From Spirochaetota bacterium (GTDB lineage Bacteria; Spirochaetota; UBA4802; UBA5550), in assembly GCA_036745755.1 (NCBI GenBank), contig DAIOFM010000005.1, forward strand, positions 17,535 through 81,534: DNA of 64,000 nt, given 5' to 3'. The notes beneath the pieces were generated by a model. The model saw only the letters and a list, made by a program, of their open reading frames with translations. It made no database searches and was not told the DNA's origin. Each line of letters begins with the position of its first letter. Positions within the stretch are counted from its first letter, which is position 1. Shown piece after piece: positions 49,391-58,532 of the stretch. A program made the position numbers and the translations under genes.

Positions 49391-49500
49391 TTCCTGAATA
49401 TATATTTTAGTGTAAAAAGTAAAATTATATACTGCCATCGCCCTCGGCGGTGAAGGTAATAGGGCATTTTTTACCTGAAATAAATTAAGGAATAAATATT
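49391..49500. repeat. Dispersed intergenic element, copy B
   Basis: Homologous to 35647..35755; core CCATCGCCCTCGGCGGTGAAGG. Confidence 0.75.
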
Positions 49501-49615
49501 AAAATTCAATATATTTAATAACTTTTAAAGGCAAATAAAAAGTTTTTCAACAATAATAACTTGATTTTTTATTTTCCGTTTAACAATAAAAAATAAAAAT
49601 TATACGGATGTAATT

Positions 49616-50518
49616 ATGAAACCGCGAAAAGGTCTTAAGCTTAAAGAACGTTATTTTTCAATAGAAACCCCTCCTGAACTGAACAACATTACCCTTTTCA
49701 GGTATGCCGGTACCTTTTTCGGGCTGTGGAATATTGACGGCTGTTTTATTCTTGTTGATAATATTTTTATAGACAGCGGCAATCCCAATTACAGCAGAAA
49801 GGACATGCTTGAATATGTCAGGACACTGGATAAAAACAGGGACTGGATTATTCTTAATACCCATATGCATGAGGATCATGTAGGAGGGAACAGGCTTATT
49901 CAGAATGAACTTGGCGCTGAAATATATTCTCCGGAGTCTGTTGAGGATTTCTCATTTGTATCCCTTATGATGGATTTATTCTGGGGCAGGCCTGAAATGT
50001 TCACGTATAAGATGCTAGATCGTAATGTTTTTACAACTGATATGGGGAGAACGATTGAAGTTATTCCCGCTCCGGGGCATTCCCCGAATCATACGGTATA
50101 CCGCATAATGCCGGATAATATAATCTATTCCGGTGACGCGATTCCCGTCCCTTCCAGGAAGAGGTATGTAACTCTTGGGGAAAATTATATGTCTGAACTT
50201 GACAGTCTGAAAAAACTGCTCCCTTATGCTGAAAAAGGTACCCGCTTTATATCCGCTCATCATGGGATAGTTAAAGACAGTGTAAAGCTGATAAAAGAAA
50301 GGATATCAGGTATGACTGATGTTGTTTCAGGGGTGGAGGAGCTTGTAAGCAGGGGGATAACTGATAAAGCCGAAATAGGTATGGAGGTTTTCGGTAAACA
50401 GGATCTGCTTTACCGGAAGCTCGGGAATCAGATCCGGTGCAGGGAGGACTGGGCTATTGAGTCGATCCTTGAGGGTCTTGGTTGCGGCCTGGAGATACAG
50501 GCAGAAAAGTGTAATTAA
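49616..50518 (+). CDS. Metallo-beta-lactamase-fold hydrolase
   Basis: IDSG, THMHEDH (HxHxDH), PGHSPNH, SGDA, AHH. Confidence 0.9.
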   Translation: MKPRKGLKLKERYFSIETPPELNNITLFRYAGTFFGLWNIDGCFILVDNIFIDSGNPNYSRKDMLEYVRTLDKNRDWIILNTHMHEDHVGGNRLIQNELGAEIYSPESVEDFSFVSLMMDLFWGRPEMFTYKMLDRNVFTTDMGRTIEVIPAPGHSPNHTVYRIMPDNIIYSGDAIPVPSRKRYVTLGENYMSELDSLKKLLPYAEKGTRFISAHHGIVKDSVKLIKERISGMTDVVSGVEELVSRGITDKAEIGMEVFGKQDLLYRKLGNQIRCREDWAIESILEGLGCGLEIQAEKCN

Positions 50519-50560
50519 AATGTTGACAGTTGCATGGCAGCGTTTAATTTATAGTTTAAT

Positions 50561-50962
50561 ATGATAAACAGTGATTTTGCTATAGCAGTTCATTCAATGC
50601 TCCTCCTTGCCGCTCACGGGGACAGACTTCTCTCCAGCTCAAAGCTTTCTGATATGATGAATGTTCATGCTGTGAGAGTGAGGAAAGTTCTCTCTTTATT
50701 GAAGGAGGAGGGGTTTATTGCCTCTAAAGAAGGTGTGCATGGCGGCTTCTCTCTTGCCTGCGAACCGGGAGAGGTGACCCTGCGTTCCCTTTATGAGCTC
50801 ACTCAGCGGGATATACTTAAACCGAAATGCCACGACTGCAGCTGCTGCGATATAGGTTCTAATATTGAAAAAATTCTGGATGATATATTGATTGAAGCGG
50901 ATGGGAGAGTCCAGGAATATCTTCAGGATTTTACTCTAAAAAAAATCCTCGATTTAATTTAA
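50561..50962 (+). CDS. Rrf2 family transcriptional regulator
   Basis: FAIAVHSM, VRVRKVLSLL...GFIASKEG..GGF.L, VTL..LY; Cys cluster CHDCSCC. Confidence 0.9.
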   Translation: MINSDFAIAVHSMLLLAAHGDRLLSSSKLSDMMNVHAVRVRKVLSLLKEEGFIASKEGVHGGFSLACEPGEVTLRSLYELTQRDILKPKCHDCSCCDIGSNIEKILDDILIEADGRVQEYLQDFTLKKILDLI

Positions 50963-51001
50963 CCTGAAAAATATTGACATTAAATATGTTTATTATAAAA
51001 A

Positions 51002-51017
51002 TGTACCATGTGGTCAG
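51002..51017. promoter_or_regulatory. Candidate TetR (NemR-like) operator
   Basis: Imperfect palindrome TGTACC-ATGT-GGTCAG immediately before the TetR start codon. Confidence 0.35.
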
Positions 51018-51023
51018 TATAAA

Positions 51024-51626
51024 ATGAGAAAAGGGACAGAAACAAAGGAAAGAATTATAGAGAAGGCCTTAACTCTATTTCACGAGAAAGGTTATAATCT
51101 CACAAGTATGAATGATATTGTTGAAGAAACCGGCGTAAAAAAGGGAAACCTCTATTTTCATTATAAATCAAAAGAGGAACTTGCAATCAGGGTTCTTAAA
51201 GAGGCCCTGAGGGGGTACGACAGGTTTATTTCATCCAACATGAAAGGGGCAACTCCTTTAATGAAACTAATTTCAATGATACAGGGGATCGTGGCTTTTC
51301 ATGTTGAAAGGGGCAATGGGCGAGGATGCATTTTCGGAAACATGGCTCTGGAATCTAAAGGTGAGAATCCTGCTTTAGCTGAATATATCAAATCAGTATT
51401 TACTTCATGGGAGAAAAATATAAGCGAGCTGATAGGGAGCAGTATTGAACTTGGCGAGATTTCAGGAATTGATTCGCCTGAACGTTATGCAAGGATAATT
51501 TTAGCACAGCTGGAGGGTGCAGTTATGCTGTCAAAAGTATATTCAGAATTTGAACCGCTCAGAGAGAGCGCTGAAATAATTATAGAAGGATTAAAAAGTA
51601 AAATGCGGAGAGTCGATGTATGCTGA
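51024..51626 (+). CDS. TetR/AcrR family regulator (NemR-like C-terminus)
   Basis: HTH KGYNLTSMNDIVEETGVKKGNLYFHYKSKEEL; GCIFGN. Confidence 0.92.
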   Translation: MRKGTETKERIIEKALTLFHEKGYNLTSMNDIVEETGVKKGNLYFHYKSKEELAIRVLKEALRGYDRFISSNMKGATPLMKLISMIQGIVAFHVERGNGRGCIFGNMALESKGENPALAEYIKSVFTSWEKNISELIGSSIELGEISGIDSPERYARIILAQLEGAVMLSKVYSEFEPLRESAEIIIEGLKSKMRRVDVC

Positions 51627-52738
51627 CTAAAGAGGAGATCAGGGTAAAAGCTCTTGAAATAGGATTTGCTGACGCCGGAGTTGCCGGTGTAGAACCTTTC
51701 ACCTCCCAGCTTGATTATATAGCGGTGGATGACAGGTATAAATGGACTGAGAAACTGGGCTTTAATCTTAAAAACGGTATTGAGCCACTTAATATTCTTG
51801 ATAACGGCAAGAGTCTGATTGTGCTTCTTTACTCATATTTTAATAATTCAATACCTCCCTCTCTTGAGAAGCATTACGGACGCTGTTATCTCAATGATGA
51901 CAGGGTGACAAAGGACGGACTTGCTGTGATGGTAAAAGGATTCCGTGGTTTTCTCAGGGACAACGGTATAAATACAAAGCTCGGTGTCTCAATGCCTGAA
52001 AAACTTTCCGCCATGAGGGCCGGGGTCGGTACATCCGGCAAGAACACATTGCTTTTCGCTTCGAAAAGTGCCATGAAAAGTTCTTTTATTTTCCCGATAG
52101 TAATAGTTACTGACGCTGAACTTGAACCGGACACACCCTCTGTCAGCAACGGATGTCCTGACTGGTGCAGAAACGCGTGTGTAGCAGCGTGCCCGACAAA
52201 GGCTCTGTTCGGAAATGGTAAAATTGATCCCTCAAAATGCATCTCATATCTGACATACTTCGGGAAGGGGGTTACGCCCCGTGAACTCAGGGAGCCCATG
52301 GGACTTTATATATACGGCTGTGACAGGTGTCAGAATGTTTGCCCGAGAAACGTTAACAAGATCACATCAGAAAAAGATGAAAATCCGAAGTTTGTTAAAA
52401 TGGAGGAGGATTTTGCGCCTGAAAAGATCCTTCTAATGGATCAGGAGTATTTTGAAAAAAGAATCCAGCCGTTTATGTTCTATATGTCATATAAAAGCGT
52501 ATGGCGGTGGAGGATGAATGCGGCAAGGGCCATGGGAAACAGCGGGAACAGAGAGTATATCCGGTACCTGAAACAGGCCTATGGTGAAAATGATGATGAC
52601 AGGGTAAAGATCATGATTGCCTGGGCTCTTGGAAAACTCGGTGGAGACGAATCAGGCACGGCACTTAAAGATTATCTTAAAAGTGCTGAAGGGGATTTGA
52701 AAACTGAAATTGAGATATCACTTTCTGAGATGAAATAA
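51620..52738 (+). CDS. Epoxyqueuosine reductase QueG-like Fe-S protein with C-terminal HEAT-like helices
   Basis: IGFADAGV, AMRAGVG..GKNTL, CPDWCRNACVAACP, CISYLT, GCDRCQNVCP. Confidence 0.75.
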   Translation: MLTKEEIRVKALEIGFADAGVAGVEPFTSQLDYIAVDDRYKWTEKLGFNLKNGIEPLNILDNGKSLIVLLYSYFNNSIPPSLEKHYGRCYLNDDRVTKDGLAVMVKGFRGFLRDNGINTKLGVSMPEKLSAMRAGVGTSGKNTLLFASKSAMKSSFIFPIVIVTDAELEPDTPSVSNGCPDWCRNACVAACPTKALFGNGKIDPSKCISYLTYFGKGVTPRELREPMGLYIYGCDRCQNVCPRNVNKITSEKDENPKFVKMEEDFAPEKILLMDQEYFEKRIQPFMFYMSYKSVWRWRMNAARAMGNSGNREYIRYLKQAYGENDDDRVKIMIAWALGKLGGDESGTALKDYLKSAEGDLKTEIEISLSEMK

Positions 52739-52741
52739 CAA

Positions 52742-53278
52742 TCAGTCTGTTTTTTTGTTTTCTTCAAATATCACCGGCTGATCAGATTTAATTGTAATAA
52801 CAAAGTAGACAGGCAGTTTTTCGAAAGTGGTAAAACGGATTCTGTATCTGGAAGTGCCAAGCAGAGAAAGGGGAGCATTCTTCATAGTGCAAATTTTTAC
52901 AGGGGAATAAATTGCCCAGTCATTGTTAAAATTTCTCCCCAGAGGGGCATATTTTACATTATTTTTTAAAGATTTATGACTGAGAATGATCTCTTTCTCT
53001 ATGATAAAGTATGTTTTTTTAGGGATTTTCTGTACTGGAAAGCTTTTCTGAAGATAAACAGATTCAATTTCTATTGATATACATTCAGTCTTCTGTTTTA
53101 ATGAAAAAAATACCTGGTAGGTGGTATTCCTGTCGATACGTTCATCAGATTTCTCACTGTTTTCTGTTGAATTTCCAAAAGTGTAAACCTGCGTTTCCGG
53201 GGTCTCTCTTTTACCGGCTGTACAGCCTGTGATGAGCAGCAGGGATATTATCAGGTGGATTTTTACAAAGTTTTTCAA
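52742..53278 (-). CDS. Hypothetical lipoprotein
   Basis: Lipobox ITGC; 178-aa ORF. Confidence 0.6.
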   Translation of the reverse strand: MKNFVKIHLIISLLLITGCTAGKRETPETQVYTFGNSTENSEKSDERIDRNTTYQVFFSLKQKTECISIEIESVYLQKSFPVQKIPKKTYFIIEKEIILSHKSLKNNVKYAPLGRNFNNDWAIYSPVKICTMKNAPLSLLGTSRYRIRFTTFEKLPVYFVITIKSDQPVIFEENKKTD

Positions 53279-53596
53279 TAAAATATGTCCTGACTGTATA
53301 TTATTATAGATAATTCAGATATATTAACTTATTCTGGAACGATATTAATTAATAAAAAACAATAATAAGCAACAAATTAAATTTTGTATAATGATTATTA
53401 ATGTTATTTTCGGTTCAATTTTTTGTTACAGGTTTAAAAATCTTCTTGCTTAAAGTCATGTAATTATTTTTTAGTAACAGATGATTTGACTGGGTTTAGT
53501 CTGAACAAATCCCGGATATTGTGCAGTATGTTTCCGGAATTCCTGCTCTTCCGATTAAATATACTTTTTCTTTAAAATAAATAAAAGTGGAATTAT

Positions 53597-56335
53597 ATGT
53601 TTCTTAAATCAATGGACATGTTCGGTTTTAAATCTTTTGCGGATAAAACGCATATTGAATTTGAGCCGGGTATAACAGCAATAGTAGGCCCCAACGGCTG
53701 TGGAAAATCTAATGTAGTTGACGCTGTAAAGTGGGTACTGGGTGAAAAGCAGGCCAAAAATATCCGCGGGCAGACAATGGAGGATATTATATTCTCCGGA
53801 ACAGATCAGAGAAAGGCGCTTTCTCTTGCTGAAGTCTCTCTCTCAATAGACAATACAAACCGCATACTCGATTTTGATTCAGAAATGGTCACTGTAAGCA
53901 GGAGAATTTTCCGTGACGGCGAATCAGAGTATCTCATAAATAAATCACCTGTAAGACTTAAAGACATAGATAAGCTTTTTATGGATACCGGTATAGGTAA
54001 ATCAGCTTATTCCGTTCTTGAGCAGGGTAAGATGGACCTTATACTTTCAACTAAAGCCGAAGACAGAAGGTATCTCTTCGAAGAAGCTGCCGGTATATCC
54101 CGTTACAAGATGCAGAAAAAGGAATCTCTTAAAAAACTTCAGGACACAGGGGAAAACCTTAACAGAATTAATGATATACTGAAAGAGATTGAAAGAGAAA
54201 AGGATCTTAAATCGAAACAGGCTGATAAGACAAAAGAATTTTTGAATCTTAAAGGTAAACTGTCCGAACTTGACATCAAGCTTAACCTGATTAAATTCCG
54301 CGAACTGGTTAAAAAATCCGATAAAAACCGGACTGACATTGAAAAGCTGAAAAGTGAACGTGAGCAGCTTGCAGGCAAAGTATCAAAAACGTCTGCTGAA
54401 AATGAAAAGGACGAAAAGAGAAAAAATGATCTTCAATACCAGCTTTTTGAAATCGAAAAGAAACTGGGTGATTACAAGGTAAGAAGAGAAACAATAGATC
54501 TTGCAACTGATAAAAACAGGCGCCTTGTTGAAGAGAATGCGGCCCGTAAAAATTCGGTAATTAAGAAAATTGAAGAGAGAAAGGAGAGCCTGGAACGCCT
54601 TGTTGAAGAGAAGAAAAAGAGTGAAAATACAGCAATTGAACTTAAAGATAAAATAATAGAGGATAAAAAGAAGCTTTCGGAGTTTTTTGAAAACCGGAAG
54701 CGAAAAATAGACTCAATACATAATTCCCGGGACAGGATTGAAGAGAACAACCGGAAGATAAAGGACAACGAGTTATCCCTTAAAAAGCTCAGGGAAGCAC
54801 TTGAAGTTGTTATTAAAAAACTCGTTGATGCCATTGAAAAGAGGAAAATTGAACTGGAAAATTCTGAAAATGAAAGGCAGGAAGTTAAAGCCCTGATTGA
54901 AACAGAATTAAACCAGATTGAAATGGATTTCAACAATGCTCTTGACGAACTGAAAATTAAGTCATTTGACAGGGCATGGATGTTTATTGAAAAGATAAGA
55001 ATCGATGTTCTAAGGGAACATATATATAAATTTGAAAGTTACGAAGATGGTTTCCGGTCAATACTTTTTGATAAAACAGGTATTCACGCGGAAAAAGAGA
55101 GTCTTGATAAACGTATTCGTGAACTTGTGCTTTCCATAGACGAAATGAGAGCCGATAACGGTATGCTTGATGAATTTATTCAGAACGAACAGCGTGAACT
55201 GGAAAACATTAATTCAATGATAACGCGGATAGAACGCGATATCGCAAAATATGAGAATGACAGCAACTGGATTGAAAAACAGGTAACTTCATTAACTCAC
55301 CAGATTGATGATATAAAGAAACAGATAGACAATTTTAATGAGGATATGCTCAGAACTGATAAGATTATAAAAGATCTTCAGATGGAGATACGCGAGTCTG
55401 AGGATAAGCTTGTTCAGTTTAACGAGAAGAGTGAAGCTCTCAGGAAGAGTGTAAATGAACTTGTAGAACGCAGAAGTGAAATAGAAAACAATATAGCCAG
55501 AAGAAAGACTGATTCCCGTAAGGATGAAGAGGAACTTGAGAGGATACACGAAAGACTTGCGGCTCTTGAACGTACCGGTGTTGAAATATCCTTTAAAAGG
55601 GACGGGATACAGGACTATCTCTGGACTGAATATGAGAAAAAGGTCACTGAACTCGGCGAAGTTAAAGTTAATGAATCAATGACTGGTGAATTACAGGCTG
55701 AAATTCAGGATATAAAGAAAAAAATTCAGGATCTCGGCCCGATAAACAATCTTGCTATTCAGGAATTCAGAGATCTGAAAAAGAGATTTGAATACTATCT
55801 TGACCAGAAGACAGATATTGAAAAGGCACGTGAAGATATTATTTCCGTAATTGAAGACATAAATAAGACCTCTGTTGAAATGTTCATGAGTACTTTCAAT
55901 GAAATTCAGAAGAATTTTGCAGAAATGTTTAAACGTTTATTTGAGGGAGGGGAGGCTTTTCTTGAGCTTTCTGAAGAGGAGAATGTCCTTGAAAGCGGTA
56001 TTGATATAATGGTAAGGCCTCCAGGGAAAAAGTTTAAAAATATCAACCTCCTTTCAGGAGGGGAGAGGGCACTTACAGCTATTGCGTTGCTTTTTGCCAC
56101 ATACATGGTCAAACCGTCACCATTCTGTTTCCTTGATGAAATTGACGCTCCTCTTGATGAACAGAATATTGGCAGGTTTGTAAAAATGCTCCGGGAATTC
56201 TCTAAAAGTACCCAGTTTATCATAGTTACTCATAATAAGAAAACTATGCATATCAGTGAGTCAATATACGGGGTAACAATGGAGGAGCCGGGTGCCTCAA
56301 AGATTATATCCGTAAAGATGGACAGGCCTGAATAA
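53597..56335 (+). CDS. smc: SMC-family chromosome segregation ATPase (short, 912 aa)
   Basis: GFKSF, Walker A GPNGCGKSN, Q-loop EQG, LGPINNLA, signature LSGGE, Walker B LDEIDAPLD, VTHNK, YGVTMEE.G.S. Confidence 0.93.
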   Translation: MFLKSMDMFGFKSFADKTHIEFEPGITAIVGPNGCGKSNVVDAVKWVLGEKQAKNIRGQTMEDIIFSGTDQRKALSLAEVSLSIDNTNRILDFDSEMVTVSRRIFRDGESEYLINKSPVRLKDIDKLFMDTGIGKSAYSVLEQGKMDLILSTKAEDRRYLFEEAAGISRYKMQKKESLKKLQDTGENLNRINDILKEIEREKDLKSKQADKTKEFLNLKGKLSELDIKLNLIKFRELVKKSDKNRTDIEKLKSEREQLAGKVSKTSAENEKDEKRKNDLQYQLFEIEKKLGDYKVRRETIDLATDKNRRLVEENAARKNSVIKKIEERKESLERLVEEKKKSENTAIELKDKIIEDKKKLSEFFENRKRKIDSIHNSRDRIEENNRKIKDNELSLKKLREALEVVIKKLVDAIEKRKIELENSENERQEVKALIETELNQIEMDFNNALDELKIKSFDRAWMFIEKIRIDVLREHIYKFESYEDGFRSILFDKTGIHAEKESLDKRIRELVLSIDEMRADNGMLDEFIQNEQRELENINSMITRIERDIAKYENDSNWIEKQVTSLTHQIDDIKKQIDNFNEDMLRTDKIIKDLQMEIRESEDKLVQFNEKSEALRKSVNELVERRSEIENNIARRKTDSRKDEEELERIHERLAALERTGVEISFKRDGIQDYLWTEYEKKVTELGEVKVNESMTGELQAEIQDIKKKIQDLGPINNLAIQEFRDLKKRFEYYLDQKTDIEKAREDIISVIEDINKTSVEMFMSTFNEIQKNFAEMFKRLFEGGEAFLELSEEENVLESGIDIMVRPPGKKFKNINLLSGGERALTAIALLFATYMVKPSPFCFLDEIDAPLDEQNIGRFVKMLREFSKSTQFIIVTHNKKTMHISESIYGVTMEEPGASKIISVKMDRPE

Positions 56336-56441
56336 ACTCTTTCTATGTGCTTATTTTATTGACAAATTACCTGTTCAAATGTAACTTTGATACAGGAGTG
56401 TTGTAAACAAAGATATATATAGACACAAAGGAAGGTGTAAA

Positions 56442-56999
56442 ATGAAAATAACAGCTGATGGTATTCTGGGTTCCGCCCAGAAAATTAACAATAAACGCAA
56501 AGTAGATGAAGGGAACAGTAAAGATAACAGAAAAGATATAAAAACTGATTCCCTTGCTCTCGGTAAGGCGATAAATTCTCGGATCGAGTCTATTGAAAGG
56601 GAAATTAAAGATATACAGACCTCTCTGACAAAAAACCAGATAATTCGTGAAGGTATTGACAACATCCTGAAAAACAGCTCACCGGAAAATATTAATCAGG
56701 CACTTGAAGTTTCATCTTTTGAAGGGAGAAAGATCCTTAAGGAATTTCTTGGTAATGATATGACCCCTTCCGCGCTTGAAACTAAGAAGAGTGAAATAAC
56801 TAAGCTGATTAATAATGACATCAATAATCTTACAAAGGTACAGGTTGAAGTTGACAATATTATAGCTTCAAATCTTACGGGCAACAGGAAAGTCGAAAAT
56901 CTGATGTCAAATATGAATGATATTTTCAGGAATACTCCATCGAATCTTGAAACAATATCAAAGCTTGATGCAGACAAAGTAATGAAACTTGTCAGGTGA
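56442..56999 (+). CDS. Small flagellin-like hypothetical protein
   Basis: SFEGRKIL resembles flagellin F(N)GxKLL; NNLTKVQVEVDNIIAS and terminal DKVMKLVR resemble the flagellin C-terminal helices. Confidence 0.45.
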   Translation: MKITADGILGSAQKINNKRKVDEGNSKDNRKDIKTDSLALGKAINSRIESIEREIKDIQTSLTKNQIIREGIDNILKNSSPENINQALEVSSFEGRKILKEFLGNDMTPSALETKKSEITKLINNDINNLTKVQVEVDNIIASNLTGNRKVENLMSNMNDIFRNTPSNLETISKLDADKVMKLVR

Positions 57000-57064
57000 T
57001 TTATTGCCTGACAAAGGCTTTTAAAAAAAATAAATACATTTTTTGTGCGGGCCCTTCATCTCTT

Positions 57065-58093
57065 ATGATTAAATCTGTTAAAATTTTTAAAATAATCCTG
57101 TTTTTCATTCTGCTCGCTTTATTTACTTCCCTGAATGCTGATGAAGCAGTAAAATCTGATAATAGCACAATTAAACAAGATGTCGAATTTCAAAGTATAG
57201 ATCTTGAGGAGATAAAAAGGAGTATTAAGCCAGGAGCAGATTCTTCAGGTAAAGAAAAGGATAATCGTTCTGCTGAAACAGTGAAGAAAAAGGCATCGGA
57301 TAAGTCCCTGAAAAAGGCCGATGCAGGAAATGTAAAAAAAGACAAAGCTGAATCAGGGAAAATTAAGAAACCGGGAAAGACGGATGAAGCAAAACCTGCC
57401 GGAAAATCCCTGGATAGAAAAAATATACCGGGGAAAGGAAAGAGCGATATACTCACTGATGAAACCGGAAAAGAAACCGTTAAGCCCGGAAAATCAACAG
57501 GCATTAAGAAGGTTGGCCCGCCTGATGATGTTGATGGAACATTAAGGGCGGATACCCTGTATATCAATCCGACTTACAGTTCTTCTTATAAAAATCGGCT
57601 CTATATAATGAACTATTCAGAGATTGCGAAGTGGGGAAAACTTAATAATTTAGTCCCTTATGAAGATTCAGCTCCTTTTATTGACGGGTTGGCATTTTTC
57701 ATGCCGGATTTTTATTCTGAATTCACAGTCGAAAATTATGACAGGGAGCTTATTTATAAGATTGTTATTGATTTTGTAAAATATAAAGGCAGTCAGAAAC
57801 CTATTAATTCTCTTTTGAAGATATGGGGGAGAGATATTTCAGGCAGGATGATTCTCATTGCTGAAATAAATCAGGAAATACTTAAACAGCGAGAATTATT
57901 TGAAGTATTAATTCCTTATGAATTGTCATCTCCCGGAAGATTTGATATTATTATCAGAGAATATTCTGATACTCCCGGTAAATGGGGTATCTGGGATATA
58001 ATTGTTACTGCCAGGAAAATACAGCAGATTGATATTCAGAAACCTGACATTTCAGGGAAAATGAAAAGTGTTGAACAAAAAATTTTTAAATAG
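57065..58093 (+). CDS. Membrane-anchored/exported hypothetical protein with Lys-rich linker
   Basis: Likely ATG at 57065 (ORF track GTG 56996); hydrophobic N-terminus, K/P/G-rich low-complexity segment, globular C-terminal domain. Confidence 0.6.
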   Translation: MIKSVKIFKIILFFILLALFTSLNADEAVKSDNSTIKQDVEFQSIDLEEIKRSIKPGADSSGKEKDNRSAETVKKKASDKSLKKADAGNVKKDKAESGKIKKPGKTDEAKPAGKSLDRKNIPGKGKSDILTDETGKETVKPGKSTGIKKVGPPDDVDGTLRADTLYINPTYSSSYKNRLYIMNYSEIAKWGKLNNLVPYEDSAPFIDGLAFFMPDFYSEFTVENYDRELIYKIVIDFVKYKGSQKPINSLLKIWGRDISGRMILIAEINQEILKQRELFEVLIPYELSSPGRFDIIIREYSDTPGKWGIWDIIVTARKIQQIDIQKPDISGKMKSVEQKIFK

Positions 58094-58223
58094 CAGTATA
58101 AAATATTTTGACAAATACTGACCTGTTTTTTTTGGTATTCAAAACGACCGCCGTTGTCCGGAAATTTCAGGTGGGAAAAGTTTTGGATGATAAATCATCG
58201 AAGAAGAAAGGAAAGGTATTATA

Positions 58224-58532
58224 ATGAGTGACGATTACATAGAAAAAGATTTTGATGATGAAGTTTATGAAGACGACTATTATGAAGAACATTATAATGA
58301 GGAAGAGTTAACCGATCTTGATGAGTTTTCTGATGAAGATGATGATTCGGATGAAGGTGATGAGGAGCGTGGTGAACGCCGCGAAAGAAAAGTTCATATA
58401 AGCTATGCGTGTGAAGATTGTGATTATAGATGGGATGACGTCGTAATAAAAAAACGTGACGAATTTGAGGAAGATTTAGAGACTGATGTAATTTGCCCCA
58501 TGTGCGGTTCGGCGAATATAACCCTTATATGA
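58224..58532 (+). CDS. Highly acidic small protein with C-terminal Zn ribbon
   Basis: 28 of the first 48 residues are D/E; CEDC...CPMC; GGAAAGG RBS; stop overlaps the uvrA ATG (ATGA). Confidence 0.75.
   Translation: MSDDYIEKDFDDEVYEDDYYEEHYNEEELTDLDEFSDEDDDSDEGDEERGERRERKVHISYACEDCDYRWDDVVIKKRDEFEEDLETDVICPMCGSANITLI

Noticed and set aside
53483-53537. Two possible hairpins in the smc leader (GATTT/AAATC with GACT/AGTC; CCGGA/TCCGG)
   Set aside because: Short stems with no second copy or known motif to support them; not distinguishable from chance without comparative data.
54472-54936. Long antisense ORFs opposite coiled-coil or conserved genes (also 7164..7547, 7468..7908, 46160..46468, 58978..59463, 59596..60072, 62154..62570)
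   Set aside because: S/L/F-rich translations typical of the reverse frame of E/K-rich genes; no RBS or domain motifs.
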